A DNA stretch of 64,000 nucleotides. Source: Lingula anatina. Lineage: Eukaryota > Animalia > Brachiopoda. The stretch spans positions 60,490,788-60,554,787 of the forward strand of contig CM120640.1 in assembly GCA_051362555.1 (NCBI GenBank), written 5' to 3'. A program made the position numbers and the translations under genes. The notes under the pieces were generated by a model that saw nothing but the letters and a program-made list of their open reading frames with translations, was not told the origin of the DNA and ran no database searches. Shown here piece by piece: positions 40,501 to 52,101 of this stretch; positions within the stretch are counted from its first letter, which is position 1; the number at the start of each line of letters is the position of its first letter.

Positions 40501-43155
40501 GGGTTTGTTTTAATGACATTACATTCACCAGATTGCAGCTATGTTGCTGGCTCTGTGCCCACTCTCTCAGAAGCTCTTGTAAAATGGCTGAGGTGGCAGG
40601 AATTCTCCTCAGAACCCCTTTCTCTTCTACTCACATGTATCATATTCCGATGTAAAAGGGGAAGGTCAAAGTGTTGCTCTTTTTCTCACATTATTAGTAC
40701 AGGTATATACAGTGCATATCACATGATATTGAACCACTTACTATTACACTGATACTTCAGTGGTGGGGTGGAAAGTTTTAAATACAAGCTCTGTTGCTAC
40801 TAAATCAGGTTGATAAAATTATCATATCAACGTGTGATATACAAACATGTTTTCTATCACAATGATAACTCAGCCTGCTTATATTAAGTAAATGAAGATA
40901 TAGGTCCAATTATATTTAATGATATCATTCACTTGTGAACCATGCAGATGGATAAAGATGCATCCCTTGGTTGTGTTAACTAATTCATTCATATCAATCA
41001 TTAAAATATGAACTGGCAGTCAACATGTCCATCAGGCAATTAATTGTCACTGCATATACAGCTATGTCACATAATCTTTATTGCCTGATACAAAATGCAC
41101 TTGAATTTTTTTAGATTGAGATTAATATATATTCAGTTTTTCATACAGTACTTTGGACATATGTCATTAAATTAAAACCTGACATACAAAAAGTTCAACA
41201 AAACATTAAGGCATTCACTCTCTAGAGGTCATGTTTATATGGACAAATATTATATGTGTATCCAGGTGATAATTCTGATTAAAACTTCGTGTGGTACTAA
41301 GTCACTGGAAGAAGAAGGGGGTTGCAGCTGTTGGGCTTAGAGTGAAAAAGATGAAGTAGGTCCTATGAAAAGAAACTCCAGGAAATAGTGAACCCAGTCA
41401 ATTTCAAGACTTCCTATATGACCTGCAAGCCATTAAGTGCATTACATTTTTTACAATTCACCACATCTTGCCCTTAGCTCACCAATGCTGGGAAGAGAAG
41501 CTTGTTTGACACTGTTATTGATTCTGTCTGCAGTCCCCAATATGCAGCAATTCTATATTGGATTAGCTATCCACATGCATTAGCTAAACCAAACAACTCC
41601 AGTATTCTTCCCATACAACCAGAGACCCGCATTGCTTATCTTATCAGCTTGCTGCCTTTGATAATCTTTTTTAGGGTCTGTCAAGCAAAAAGGACTTAAA
41701 TAATGCTTTGACACTAAATGTTAATCGGTGATTGTATGAATTGTTACACTTTACTCAATCGATTGAATAGAAACAGGTTTGATTTCTTGACTAGACAATG
41801 AAAGTATTGCTACCTGAGGTGGATGGGAATCTTAACAGAAGTCAAGAGTGTTGCATATATCGTGTTTCCAGGGGACACCCACACAATAACAAGTACACAG
41901 TGGAGCTTCAGAGGGAACAAGAATTTTTTATAAATAAACTTATTTTTCTAGACTTAATGTGAAGGTAAAATCTTTGTCATTAAATTTCAATTCTAATGTT
42001 GATGGAAATATAAAACCAAGGGTGAAGTGTTTTGAATTATGAAAGTTTGTGCAATTTACTTCTTATCCATCAATCATCTCTTTTAAATTAATTATTAATA
42101 AAACAAACAAGGCAACAGATATGTCATATGTCAAGATATATAAATGACAAAACTGACAGAAGCAGTAACATAAAAAGTCTAAAAATGATAAGCAACTAAT
42201 GTATTAATGAAAGTGAACAAAATGTATTTTTGTCAATTTTTATGCGATATATTTAGAAAAATGGACTTGAAGAGGCTTTAGACCCATGGGAATTCAAAGC
42301 CACACCTAGAAAATGCTAAGTGATGGAAAAAGAAAAATGCAGGCTAAAAAAACTCATAACTTCAAGTTGAACTATTCAATCAGACTAGTATTTGAACTGG
42401 AGAAGTATAATAGTCCTCTGAATCATTTGTATACATTTGATAACAATGAATAACATGGTTTTCTATTTATGATGTTAATGAGAAGTATTTTATGGTGTTA
42501 ATGATGACAGCAGATACAGGTATTGGCGAAATGTCCAAACACAGTGTCCGCCAATAAAGATTCATGAAAAACATTTTATCTGCAATGGATGGAGACCTTT
42601 AAATTACAGGCATTACAATAGAGTATGCTGATATGCACACTTCACTGAAATTAAGTAATGAGGAATTTTTTTCAATTTCAAATAAATAAAATCATGGTTT
42701 TACTATATTCAATATTTATTGATTTTCTTCTTTCCCTTTTTTCTAGTACTGAAAGTCGTGACAACCCTTTCATACCTGAAGGGGATCTATACCATGAAGC
42801 AGAATCTATGCTCAAAGCGTCAACCATAGAGAGAGAAAAAGTGATTATTCGTGAATCCCCAGGAGGCACCAAAACCACACATTATGTAATGAATGAAAGT
42901 TATGAGGGTCCCGAACCTACTGACAATGAGCCCTCAGAAGACAATGTAGCAAATCCAGAGGACATTAAATTAAAGGAGAATGGTAATGTTGAAGAAACCA
43001 TTCAACCTTCAGCAACAAAAAATGTGGAAGGGGCTCCTAAAGGTGCAGGCGATCAGTCGCCATCCGAGCCAAAGGAACAGAAAGAAGGAGAAGAGGGTGA
43101 AACTCCAACTGATAAGAAGAAATCCAAGGATAACAAATGTTGCACTATTTTGTAG
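21974..43155 (+). CDS. Uncharacterised intrinsically disordered, C-terminally lipidated (CCTIL) protein, ~220 aa, 4 coding exons
   Basis: Exons 21974-22010 (GCAATGG, MASGGENGELDS, G|gtgcgt), 23434-23458 (25-nt microexon, tttcag / gtgagt), 36926-37117 (ttttcag / gtgggt) and 42747-43155 (ttctag, stop TAG). Phases 1, 2, 2 join into one 663-nt frame ending KKKSKDNKCCTIL. The last two exons are well supported; the 5' joins are inferred from phase compatibility. Confidence 0.68.
23825..24065. mobile_element. CpG-rich MITE remnant, related to a decayed copy at ~16680-16820
   Basis: GCCTAGATTACATTT ... AAATGTAAT termini. The internal GTGGCCGTGCG...ATCGTACGGATT...AAAAATCGTAAG sequence is shared with the 16680 region. 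Confidence 0.5.
24764..25846 (-). CDS. Beta-1,3-galactosyltransferase family (GT31, Galactosyl_T) type II Golgi glycosyltransferase, 360 aa, single coding exon
   Basis: ACCATG at 25846 downstream of a strong acceptor (ct at 25874-25875). N-terminal signal-anchor MWYSLLALLWIMYFSVLV. Motifs RDAIRKTW, DTYNNLTLKS, KGDDDAYIN (DxD), SKWYVP, YPPFVAGWAY and LEDIFITG. Confidence 0.93.
   Translation of the reverse strand: MWYSLLALLWIMYFSVLVRVHYFLIDKVGKETSIGSRPSAPKKNMTDILFLRNHAIQTAESLVTQVTTGKWITTIGKESGKRIQKTTENFFSYLIRPDGEICLPSKTAPSDIHVLVMICSAARNFAARDAIRKTWLSEHALRPNHTSIHKVFIIGNAYNKSLHGLLQIESTKHRDIVQGNFLDTYNNLTLKSIFALQWASQYCNQADFIIKGDDDAYININNLVRYAVDKHLKNTFLGYCLTGIRPERNPVSKWYVPRSIFPGNSYPPFVAGWAYVMPGHLLIPLYNATRTLPFLHLEDIFITGLCGGKLGARHRGHPGFQARLNMSDTHMLKSFFAVHFVTVEDHYRFWEAIKKLEPTI
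30365..30597 (+). CDS. Candidate alternative first coding exon of the CCTIL gene
   Basis: Open frame from ATG 30365 (or 30491, MPEPDPQQGQHHFYG...KDGDIF) ending in phase 2 at AG|gtaata. This is compatible with the phase-2 acceptors at 36926 and 42747. GC-richer than its flanks. Confidence 0.55.
33630..34152. mobile_element. Decayed TIR element with a nested C/G-tract element starting CAGTGGCGGAT
   Basis: TCCAAAGGTTCATTGGTC at the left end versus GCCAATGAACCCTTTGGA at the right end; internal CAGTGGCGGATTTAGG at ~33860. Confidence 0.45.
37464..37513. repeat. (AAT)n microsatellite
   Basis: Directly visible. Confidence 0.95.
39262..39296 (+). CDS. Candidate short alternative first coding exon (MTEIHVQQEFV) of the CCTIL gene
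   Basis: AAACATGA start, 11 codons plus AG, and a perfect CAG|GTAAGT donor. Phase 2 matches the terminal exon at 42747. Confidence 0.5.
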
Positions 43156-45021
43156 CATAAAACAAATTTTTTAAGGAAGAAAATGAATGGAGTCAATATT
43201 TGCAACATAATGCAGCTGTAACCTATATATTGTTGATCATGTCTTTTTATTACAAAATGTCATTGTTCACTGCCTTAAGAAGACTGTGCATGTTCTTGAA
43301 GATTTAAGTTGCTCATACAGCAGCTCTCTCTGTTGGCATATCACATCCATATCTCAGCACAGGAGCTCAACTGAAGTGTACAAAAACAGCTTACATTACT
43401 AGAACATTAAAAACATTGACCTTGGTGACCTTGAAGGAAACTAACCATGGTGATCCACTCTGACCCCCAGCTACAACATTTGTTTGTGGGAATGCATGAA
43501 AAACCAGTTCTCTCCTCAAGAGACCTATTATATGTTGAGTCATAAATTCAATGACTGTTATAATCACCATGCATCACTGGGAGCAACCTCACACAGTCAA
43601 GGGACGAGATGGAATAAAATGTGCTGCCAAAGATGTTCAGTTTTTGAAGGAACTTAAATGGTTTGGTGTATAAATGTATCAATCATTATTTGACAATCTC
43701 CAGGCATATGTCTACCACCAACCCATACCTTGACTGTAGAATGTATATAGCAATGACAGATCCAGGAATGTACTAAGGGGAAATGGTGGTTTGAAAAAAT
43801 TTTGCCCACTAGACTTTGTCATATTTGCAAGCAAGAAAATGGACTTAAGGGGTGGGACCTTGTGTATCCTGTGCTACCCTGGATCAGTCTATGCAATGTA
43901 CAATGCTTGATATTGGATATTAGGCATGAGTCAGACTGACTGGATTATAACTTGCTCAGCTTGTTTCTTGTGATTTAGGGAGCCATTAGTCCCAGAAGCA
44001 CTGTGATTATCATTGACTCACAGTGTAAAGAGAACAGTTCAGTACAGGGACTACATATTTTCAACAGCTGGAATATTCATGACATCAGAGGTTCAATATG
44101 TTATCGTATTAATATGCTGTTTCTAGTCTCATTTGTGCACTTTTTTATTCTGCATGAATTCTTCATTTTAAATTATATACTTAAGAATATTCATCAAAGT
44201 ACTGTCTTGGTAGAAATAACAAGGCATGATCTGAGAATTTTTGAGTCAGGAAGGGAACAAAACCAGTGGGGTCTATTTTTATCGAATGCCAAAATGGCAG
44301 TGAATCATGAAGTTTGACAGGCCACGCCTGCCCAGATAACAGTAAACTGCATTCTTTTGCTGGCTGCTTGTTATTTTTCCCTTTTCTGTCATATATATTT
44401 GTGGCTATTAGTTCAGTTTGGCATAATGTTGTGACCTTGTGGTAGGCCCTAGTTCACCAAATTTACATTTAAATCTGTAACAGTTGTATTAAACACTTTG
44501 CCATGTAGTAAGCATTTTTGGTAAAGAGTTAATTTGGTGAACTACTATGGCATTTGTACTACTCAATTAAAATATCGGTGCTATTTTTTCAAAAGTACGA
44601 AACCATTATTTCTGAGAACTAATGTACAATGGAATTTGCTAAATGTAAAATTAAATGTGACTGTGTTTGCTAACTTGGTTACAGTTTGTTCCTTGCAAGA
44701 TGCTCTGGAATGTAAACATGTGCTACTTCCCTCTTTTAACAAATGAGGACAAAATGCTTTAAAACTGCCACTACAAACATGCATTCATATGTCACACATT
44801 TCAATCCAGTTCTGTTATCCACTTTGAATTGTGCGTTATTCAGTTTTCAGTGAGAAAGTGGGAAAGGGCTGGGGAAAATCCAATTTTTTCAGTCCAATTA
44901 TTGCAAGGCTAAAACAACAACCTACCCAAACTTATAATGGTATAATCCTGTGACATATTTCTTACATATACTGTACTTACTTTTTATAACATTATGACTT
45001 TTTAAAAGTTAAAAAAAAAAT

Positions 45022-45027
45022 AATAAA
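45022..45027 (+). terminator. Candidate polyadenylation signal of the CCTIL gene
   Basis: AATAAA ~1.9 kb after the stop codon, followed by GT/T-rich sequence. Confidence 0.35.
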
Positions 45028-45154
45028 ACAAATGTAAGAGCTAGTGTGTCCCTATTTCAGAATTAAAGTCCTCCCTCTCATCATTTATGTATTTTGTATT
45101 TCATAAAATTCTAGAAAATGATCTTTGAGTGGGCTTTGGAAATGATGGGTGTAT

Positions 45155-45700
45155 GAGCGCATTCTCAACGAATTAAGCCAGGCTTTACAAAGCCGGTGAC
45201 CTAAAAATGGCGGACGTACATGAAAGAAAAACCGCCTAATCTTTTAATAGTCTCTCCGCCTCTCACACGCCTCCCCACACGTCGTCCCTGCGGGGTACAG
45301 TAATTAAATCTCGGCTCCGAACATTAATATTTCCGTGAATATCTCTGGTGATATTATCTCCGTAGATAGTCGATTCATTGCTGCTCTACGGGCCAAATTA
45401 TTCCTTTTTCGTCTCTGTTTTCAAAGATAATAGAACAGAAGAGCTTTTTTCCTTCGATCGCCTTCAGCCGCCATGCTTTCTTCACCACGAGTTTAACTGA
45501 TGAGCATGCGCACTTAATATTTCTCAGGTAGCTTCCGCATGGCGAACGGAGACGCGATTTAATTACTGTACCCCGCAGGGACGACGTGTGGGGAGGCGGA
45601 GAGACTATTAAAAGATTAGGCGGTTTTTCTTTCATGTACGTCCGCCATTTTTAGGTCACCGGCTTTGTAAAGCCTGGCTTAATTCGTTGAGAATGCGCTC
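45155..45700. mobile_element. 546-bp MITE with ~155-bp terminal inverted repeats and 3-bp TAT target duplication (PIF/Harbinger-like)
   Basis: GAGCGCATTCTCAACGAATTAAG ... CTTAATTCGTTGAGAATGCGCTC. The arms are near-identical except for an 11-bp insertion in the left arm. TAT at 45152-45154 and 45701-45703. Confidence 0.9.
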
Positions 45701-46159
45701 TATGATTCACAACTAATAAATAACAAATCTATCTTGTCTCGAGCAGAAGGGAAGCTGCTACTACATGATACATGGCTATTAACCTATATTCAAAGATATG
45801 GAATAAAGTAACACAGGATTTAGCCACTTTTTTTAGGACCAGCTGCAGAGAGATGAGAAATCACTTAACAGAGTAAAAAGTGATATTTTTTCAAAGCATG
45901 TTTTACAAGGCACAACCTTTCTGTTTTAATAATTTAGCACAAAAACAAATTGAAGATCACATTATAAATAATATTGCCAAATCTGAAGCTATGAAATGTT
46001 TATCAGTGAACAATATGTATATATATTATATATATACATTTTTTTTAAATACAGCAAGTTCCAGAAAGAAATTCTAAAATATTTTTAAATAAGAGAAACT
46101 TGAATATGTCATAGCTTGGGAGAAAAAACACCCTTGGGTTACCCATCTAAAACAAGTCC

Positions 46160-46373
46160 AAGACCAGAAATGTTTTGGGAACTGGTTTGCCAGTTCATTT
46201 TAAATTACAATGTTAGTATTATGAACATGGTTATAAGTCTAGGCATCTAGAGCAGTTAAAACGAGTCTTAGACAAGAAAATGTTTTGGGAAATGGTTTGC
46301 CAGTTCATCATTTTAAATGACGATGTTAGTATTATGTACATGACTTTAAGTCTAGCCATCTAGTGCAGTTAAA
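46160..46373. repeat. Two-copy ~110-bp tandem duplication
   Basis: AAATGTTTTGGGAA.TGGTTTGCCAGTTCAT...CATCTAG.GCAGTTAAA occurs twice. Confidence 0.85.
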
Positions 46374-47693
46374 CATTACTGGATGTTGTGGTGTGAGATA
46401 GTATTGATTATTCATCCTTCATAAACTTCCATAATGTGCCTACAACCTGGCTGCTCTAGTGACATGGTATAATATACCAGCAAATGTCATAATCATAAAG
46501 ACACAAATAAATGAAATGAGGTTGCAGAAAGAAGTCATCAGAGGAAAAATGATCATACAAATCCTTTACAAACACCGATTCATTATCTTTGATAAGAAAA
46601 CAGCAACACTAGCATTATTTTCAGTGGGCCTTTACTTGACATGAAATATGGAAGATGCAGCTCCACATTTGATTTTTATGTACAGACACAGATGTGTCTG
46701 TACATATAGCCATCATCTGCGTCTGTCGTCGCTGTCGCCGTCGCCGTCGTCGCCGTCGCCGTGCACTTTTACCGATAACACGATAAGTGGAAAACCGTTT
46801 TTTCTTTTGGCTTGAAACATACAGAACTGATGAATATTCGTCATACGCAGGTCAAGTTCGAAAATCAGCATGATCGGGTCACTTATAGGGAATTTATGCT
46901 GTTTTTTCACTTTTTTCAGCATATATGCAGCACCGATAACACGATAAGTGGAAAAACATTTTACCTTTTGGCTTGAAACTTACAGAACTGATGAATATTC
47001 CTAATACGCAGGTCAAGTTCGAAAATCAGCATGATCGGGTCACTTATAGGGAATTTATGCTGTTTTTTCACTTTTTTCAGCATATATGCAGCACCGATAA
47101 CACGATAAGTGGAAAACCATTTTACCTTTTAGCTTGAAGCTTACAGAACTGATGAATATTCATAATACGCAGGTCAAGTTCGAAAATCAGCATGATTGGG
47201 TCATTTTTAGTGAATTTAGGCTATTTTTTCTCTTTTTTCAGCATATAAGCAGCACCAATAACATCATAAATGGAAAACCATTTTACCTTTTGGCTTGAAA
47301 CTTACAGAACTGATGAATATTCATAATACGCAGGTAAAGTTCGAAAATCAGCATGATTGGGCCATTTTTAGGGAATTTATGCTGTTTTTTCACTTCTTTC
47401 AACATATATGCAATGCTAATAACACAATATAAGAAAAACAGATAGGCCAATTGTCATTATACTCATAGGAGTAGTCAAACTAACTAAAACGCAGGTTGAG
47501 TTCCAAAATCAGCATAATCGGGCCATTCTTTTAGAAGTTATGCTGTTTTTTCACATTTCCTCAGATTTAATTGTTAGGCATGTTAACAGTCTCATTATGG
47601 AACTAATAAGATACATAAAAGTGTTTGTTTGACATTTCCTGCATCTTAATAACATTGTTAGTTGATTATGTAAAAATGATGGTAAACTTGTTA

Positions 47694-49989
47694 CGGTAAA
47701 GTCTTGAAAATTTCGTCGTTCTTGAAAATTTCGTCGGCCGACGATTTTCCGCAGACGTAATTTTTTTCCCTTTGAAAACTTCGTCGACCTTGAAAATGAG
47801 GTACTCGATAATTTTTGAAAAGTTCGTCGCCAAATATGGCCGCGTTGTCCAGCTCAAACATAAAGGTAATGCGTCAGTTGATTCAAGACAATGATACGAT
47901 CAGGATATCATTGCCGATAACACTCTCAATGGGAGATAGGAACAATAGTGCGCCCCTGCGAGCGGTCATTCACAATATAGATGGTTTAGATGTGAATTCC
48001 CGTTCTCAATTGCGGGAACGTCGGCCTTTTGTCTTTAGTTTTATTACTATTACCTGGCTCGAGGCGGCAAATAGAAGACACAGGCCGCGGCTCTGTCATT
48101 TGTAAGGCCGTTATTGTTATCGGCGGCTGTCCTAAATGAGGGAAGACACAATGAAAAAATCAAGATATTATCTCGAAGGGAAATGTACCTGTCACTTCTA
48201 TTCATGGCCATGTTCAATTTAGGACCATTTAACGATTACCTGGCTCGAACATGGAGATCGTTTGCAATGCGAATGGGACGAGATGGCAATTTTCGTATCT
48301 TCAGCGGAGAATCGTTCGCGTAATATCGTCAACAGATCGTTTGCGATCCAAACGAGACGAGAAGATAATTTTCATATTTGTAGCGGACTCCGTTCGCGTA
48401 AGATCACCAGCGGGAGATGGTTTGCGATTCGAGAGAGACGAAAAGGCAATCTTCATATCTTTAGCGGGAGATCGTTCGCGATGTAAGCGAGAATAAAATG
48501 CACTTTTCATATTAGTTCAAGGGAACTTCGTTCGTGGAAGATCGTCAGCAGGAGATCATTATTTTAACCCCCCTCCCCCTTTGAATTTTATAAATAATAT
48601 ATATTTTTCATTTTATCTTTAACCCCCCCCCCTTCCCCACTCACGGCATATCTTCGGCGGAGATCATCAGGACTCTGTTCGCGTAAGAACATATCAGAGG
48701 GAGATCGTTCGCAATCCTAGCTAGACGTAAAGGCAATTTTCATATCTTCATCGGGAGATTGTTTGCGATGTAAGCAATAATAAAATGCAGTTTTCATATT
48801 AGTTCAAGGAACTTAGTTTGCCAACGATCGTCAGCGGGAGATCATTATTTTAACCCCCCTCCCCCTTTGAATTTTATAAACAACATATATTTTTCATTTT
48901 ATCTTTATCCCCCCCCCCCTTCCCCCGCTCAAGGCATATCTTCATCGGAGAATCGTTCGCGTAATATCCTCAGGACTTTGTTCGCTATGTAAGATCGTCA
49001 GAGGGAGTTCGTTCGCGATCCGAGATAGACGAAAAGGCAATTTTCATATCATCATCGGGAGATCGTTCGCGATGTAAGCGAGAATAAAATGCACTTTTCA
49101 TATTAGTTCAAGGGAACTTCGTTGGTGGAAGATCGTCAGCAGGAGATCATTATTTTAACCCCCCTCCCCCTTTGAATTTTATAAATAATATATATTTTTC
49201 ATTTTATCTTTAACCCCCCCCCCCCTTCCCCGCTCACGGCATATCTTCGGCGAAGAATCGTTTGCGTCATATCGTCAGGGCTTAGTTCGCGTAAGATCGT
49301 CAGAGGGAGATCGTTCGCGATCCGAGTGAGACGAAAAGGCAATTTTCATATCATCATCGGGAGATCGTTCGCGATGTAAGCAATAATAAAATGCAGTTTT
49401 CATATTAGTTCAAGGAACTTAAATTGCAGATGATCGTCAGCGGGAGCAATTATTTTAACTCCCTGTAAATTTTTAGGAAGTTACAGATGGTAATTTTAGA
49501 AGGCCTGACACTTAATCCTGGGAAAAGCCCTGCATGCAACAAACGTTGCCAAGTGCGTTATTTTTATTTTTTTTAAATTTAATTATTATTATTTTTTTTT
49601 TTTGAATATGTCGCATCCAGGTTATGATGCAAGGTTGCAATTAGGCTTATCTTGATCCTTCTTCTCTATCAGGAGGTATGTTTCTTACCGAGAAGATAAT
49701 TCTCAACATATTTTCGGGTACAGTAAGTTAAATATAACTTAAAAGAGATGCACAAATAAATAGATTATTATTTACCACCAGAAAATGACTTAGGAAGTAG
49801 TAATAAATATCCCACAATATAGGAGGGTCAAAGATAACAGCCGCTAAGGATAAAAGCACAAAGGCCGGATTTTTGAAAATTTCGTCATACCCAGGAGTCG
49901 GGGAGAGGTAATTTTGAAAAATTAGTCGGATTTACACAATTAAAAATAGTAATTAATTTTTAAGCGACGAAATTTTCAAGACTTTACCG
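47694..49989. mobile_element. 2.3-kb non-autonomous Tc1/mariner-type element nested in the HINE
   Basis: Perfect 25-bp TIRs CGGTAAAGTCTTGAAAATTTCGTCG with a TA duplication (47692-47693, 49990-49991). No transposase ORF. Contains about four ~300-bp tandem units (48290-49460). Confidence 0.88.
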
Positions 49990-51787
49990 TATTGAGTATT
50001 ATGTGTTAAAGTGTCAAAAATGGAAATAAACAAATATCATTGCAGTTTGTCAGATTCAATCATCTACTATATTCATTATCTCACAATGGAGGAAATTGGA
50101 CATTTAACACTGTTCTATTGATATTTTTCCCATCTCATCAATTTTCTTAGTTGATCATATACAAATGGTAGAAAACTGTTTATTTTGTTTTATGTTAAAA
50201 AAGCGTTTTAAAAATGGAAGTAAACCCATTGCAGAACAGTGCTGTCTTGTTTCAGCATATATGCAGCACCGATAACACGATAAGTGGAAAACCATTTTAC
50301 CTTTTCCCTTGAAACTTACAAAGCTGATGAATATTCATAATACGCAGGTCAAGTTCGAAAATCAGCATGATCGGGTCATTTTTAGGGAAGTTATGCTGTT
50401 TTTCACTTTTTTCACCATATATGCAACACTGATAACATGATAAGTGAAAAATCATTTTACCTTTTGGCTTGAAACTTGCAGAACTAATGAATATTCATAT
50501 TACGCAGGTCAAGTTCGAAAATCAGCATGATCGGGTCATTTTTAGGGTAGTTATGCTGTTTTTTCACTTTTTTCAGCATATATGCAGCACCGATAACACG
50601 ATAAGTGGAAAACCATTTTACCTTTTGGTTTCAAACTTAAAGAACTGATGAATATTCATAATACGCAGGTCAAGTTTGAAAATCAGCATGATCGGTTCAT
50701 TTTTAGGGAAGTAATGCTGTGGTTTATTTTTCTCAAACTTGGTTGGGTTATTAATATCAAGTTAATACAGCTAGATTAAAAGTTTGAATAGCAGCTTTAT
50801 TGGAATTTTTTACGTTTTATTTAAAATTTTTTTAAAATTATTTTTCAAACACTAGCATCTTCAAGATGTGATTTTTTACTCCCATCCACCAGAAGTGCTG
50901 TGCATTTTCTGTATTTTTGTGTATAATTGTTATTTCTTCAGATTTAATTCTTAGGCATGTTAACAGTCTCATTATGGAACTAATAAGATATGTAAAAGTG
51001 TTGTTTTGACATTTTCTGCTTCTTAACAATATTGTTTGTTGATTATAAAAAAATGAAGGTAAACCTGTTATAATATTGTGCATTGTGTAATAAAGTATCA
51101 TAAATGGAAAGGAACTCATCATTGCAGTTTGTCAGATTTAATCATTCACTTTGTTCAGCATCTGCAAATGGAGCAAATTGGACATTGAAAATTGTTCTAT
51201 TGATATTTTTCCTATGTCAACAATTTTCCTAGTTGAACATTTAAAAATGACAGTTTATTGATCATTTTGTTTTAAAAAAGGTGTTGAAAATGGAAAGAAA
51301 ATCATTTCAGTACAGTTATTTCTTGTTTACATTTTGGCATTTTGAAAGTGTGACTCTGAACTGCCATGGCCTTGAAGACCTTCCCAAATCACATTTTCTG
51401 AATATTCATGATACTTTTATTTTTTTATAAAAAATTTTGATGGTCATTATGCTGTTAAGTATTATGTTTTATTGCATGAAAGTTGAAGAAAACCCTATTT
51501 TGGACACTGCTGCCAGGATAGCGATTAAGGGAAAACCATGTTACTTACGATACTGAAACTTACTGAAAAGTTTCATAAGACAGAAGTGCGCAGCTTGTGT
51601 TTGAAAACCAGTGTGATTGTTTTCTGTTTTGGAGGCAATGCAGGTTTATAGAGTGCTATACTGGCATTTTCAAGTTGTGACTTATCACTCCCATCTGCCA
51701 GGAGCCCTGTGCTCTTACTTTGTAACATTTTCTGTATTTTGTTAAGTTACAAGAATGATTCTTAGGATTGACATACAGCCAAAAAAA

Positions 51788-51833
<46 letters not shown>

Positions 51834-51906
51834 ATTGTGTGTAATTTTCACTGTACCTCATTCTGGCATTTCCAAAGTTTAACTCTTATCAGTCTGACAC
51901 CTTACG

Positions 51907-52101
51907 GACTATTTCCAGACCCTATCACGCTAACTGTGGATCGATCTATCTCCATGGGAATTCTTGCTAAATTGCAATCAATGTAAGTGGCTTAGTTGTC
52001 TGTCACGCCTACTGAAACTGGCATGCCAGAATCCTAAGACTCAAACTGAAAGCAATTTATTGAGAAACCCCTTGGAGTTGGATTGATCCTGTTAGATTGA
52101 T
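51907..52101 (+). mobile_element. Diverged relative of the 226-bp TAA MITE, inside the HINE
   Basis: Shares GATCGATCTATC, GTCTGTC.CGCCTACT and GCAATTTA...ACCCC..GGAGTT with 15272-15497. Termini GACTATTTCC ... GGAACTTAGTC followed by TAA. Confidence 0.6.

Noticed and set aside
45155-45700. Long hairpin as a structured ncRNA or miRNA gene
   Set aside because: The target-site duplication and a related arm at 19009 explain it as a MITE.
47666-48510. Cluster of short ORFs as a transposase
   Set aside because: No DDE/HTH motifs; the ORFs arise from GC-richer repeat sequence in a non-autonomous element.
46771-50720. Regularly spaced repeats as a CRISPR-like array
   Set aside because: Whole 161-bp and ~300-bp units repeat with no unique spacers, there are no cas genes, and the context is eukaryotic with Helentron-like ends.
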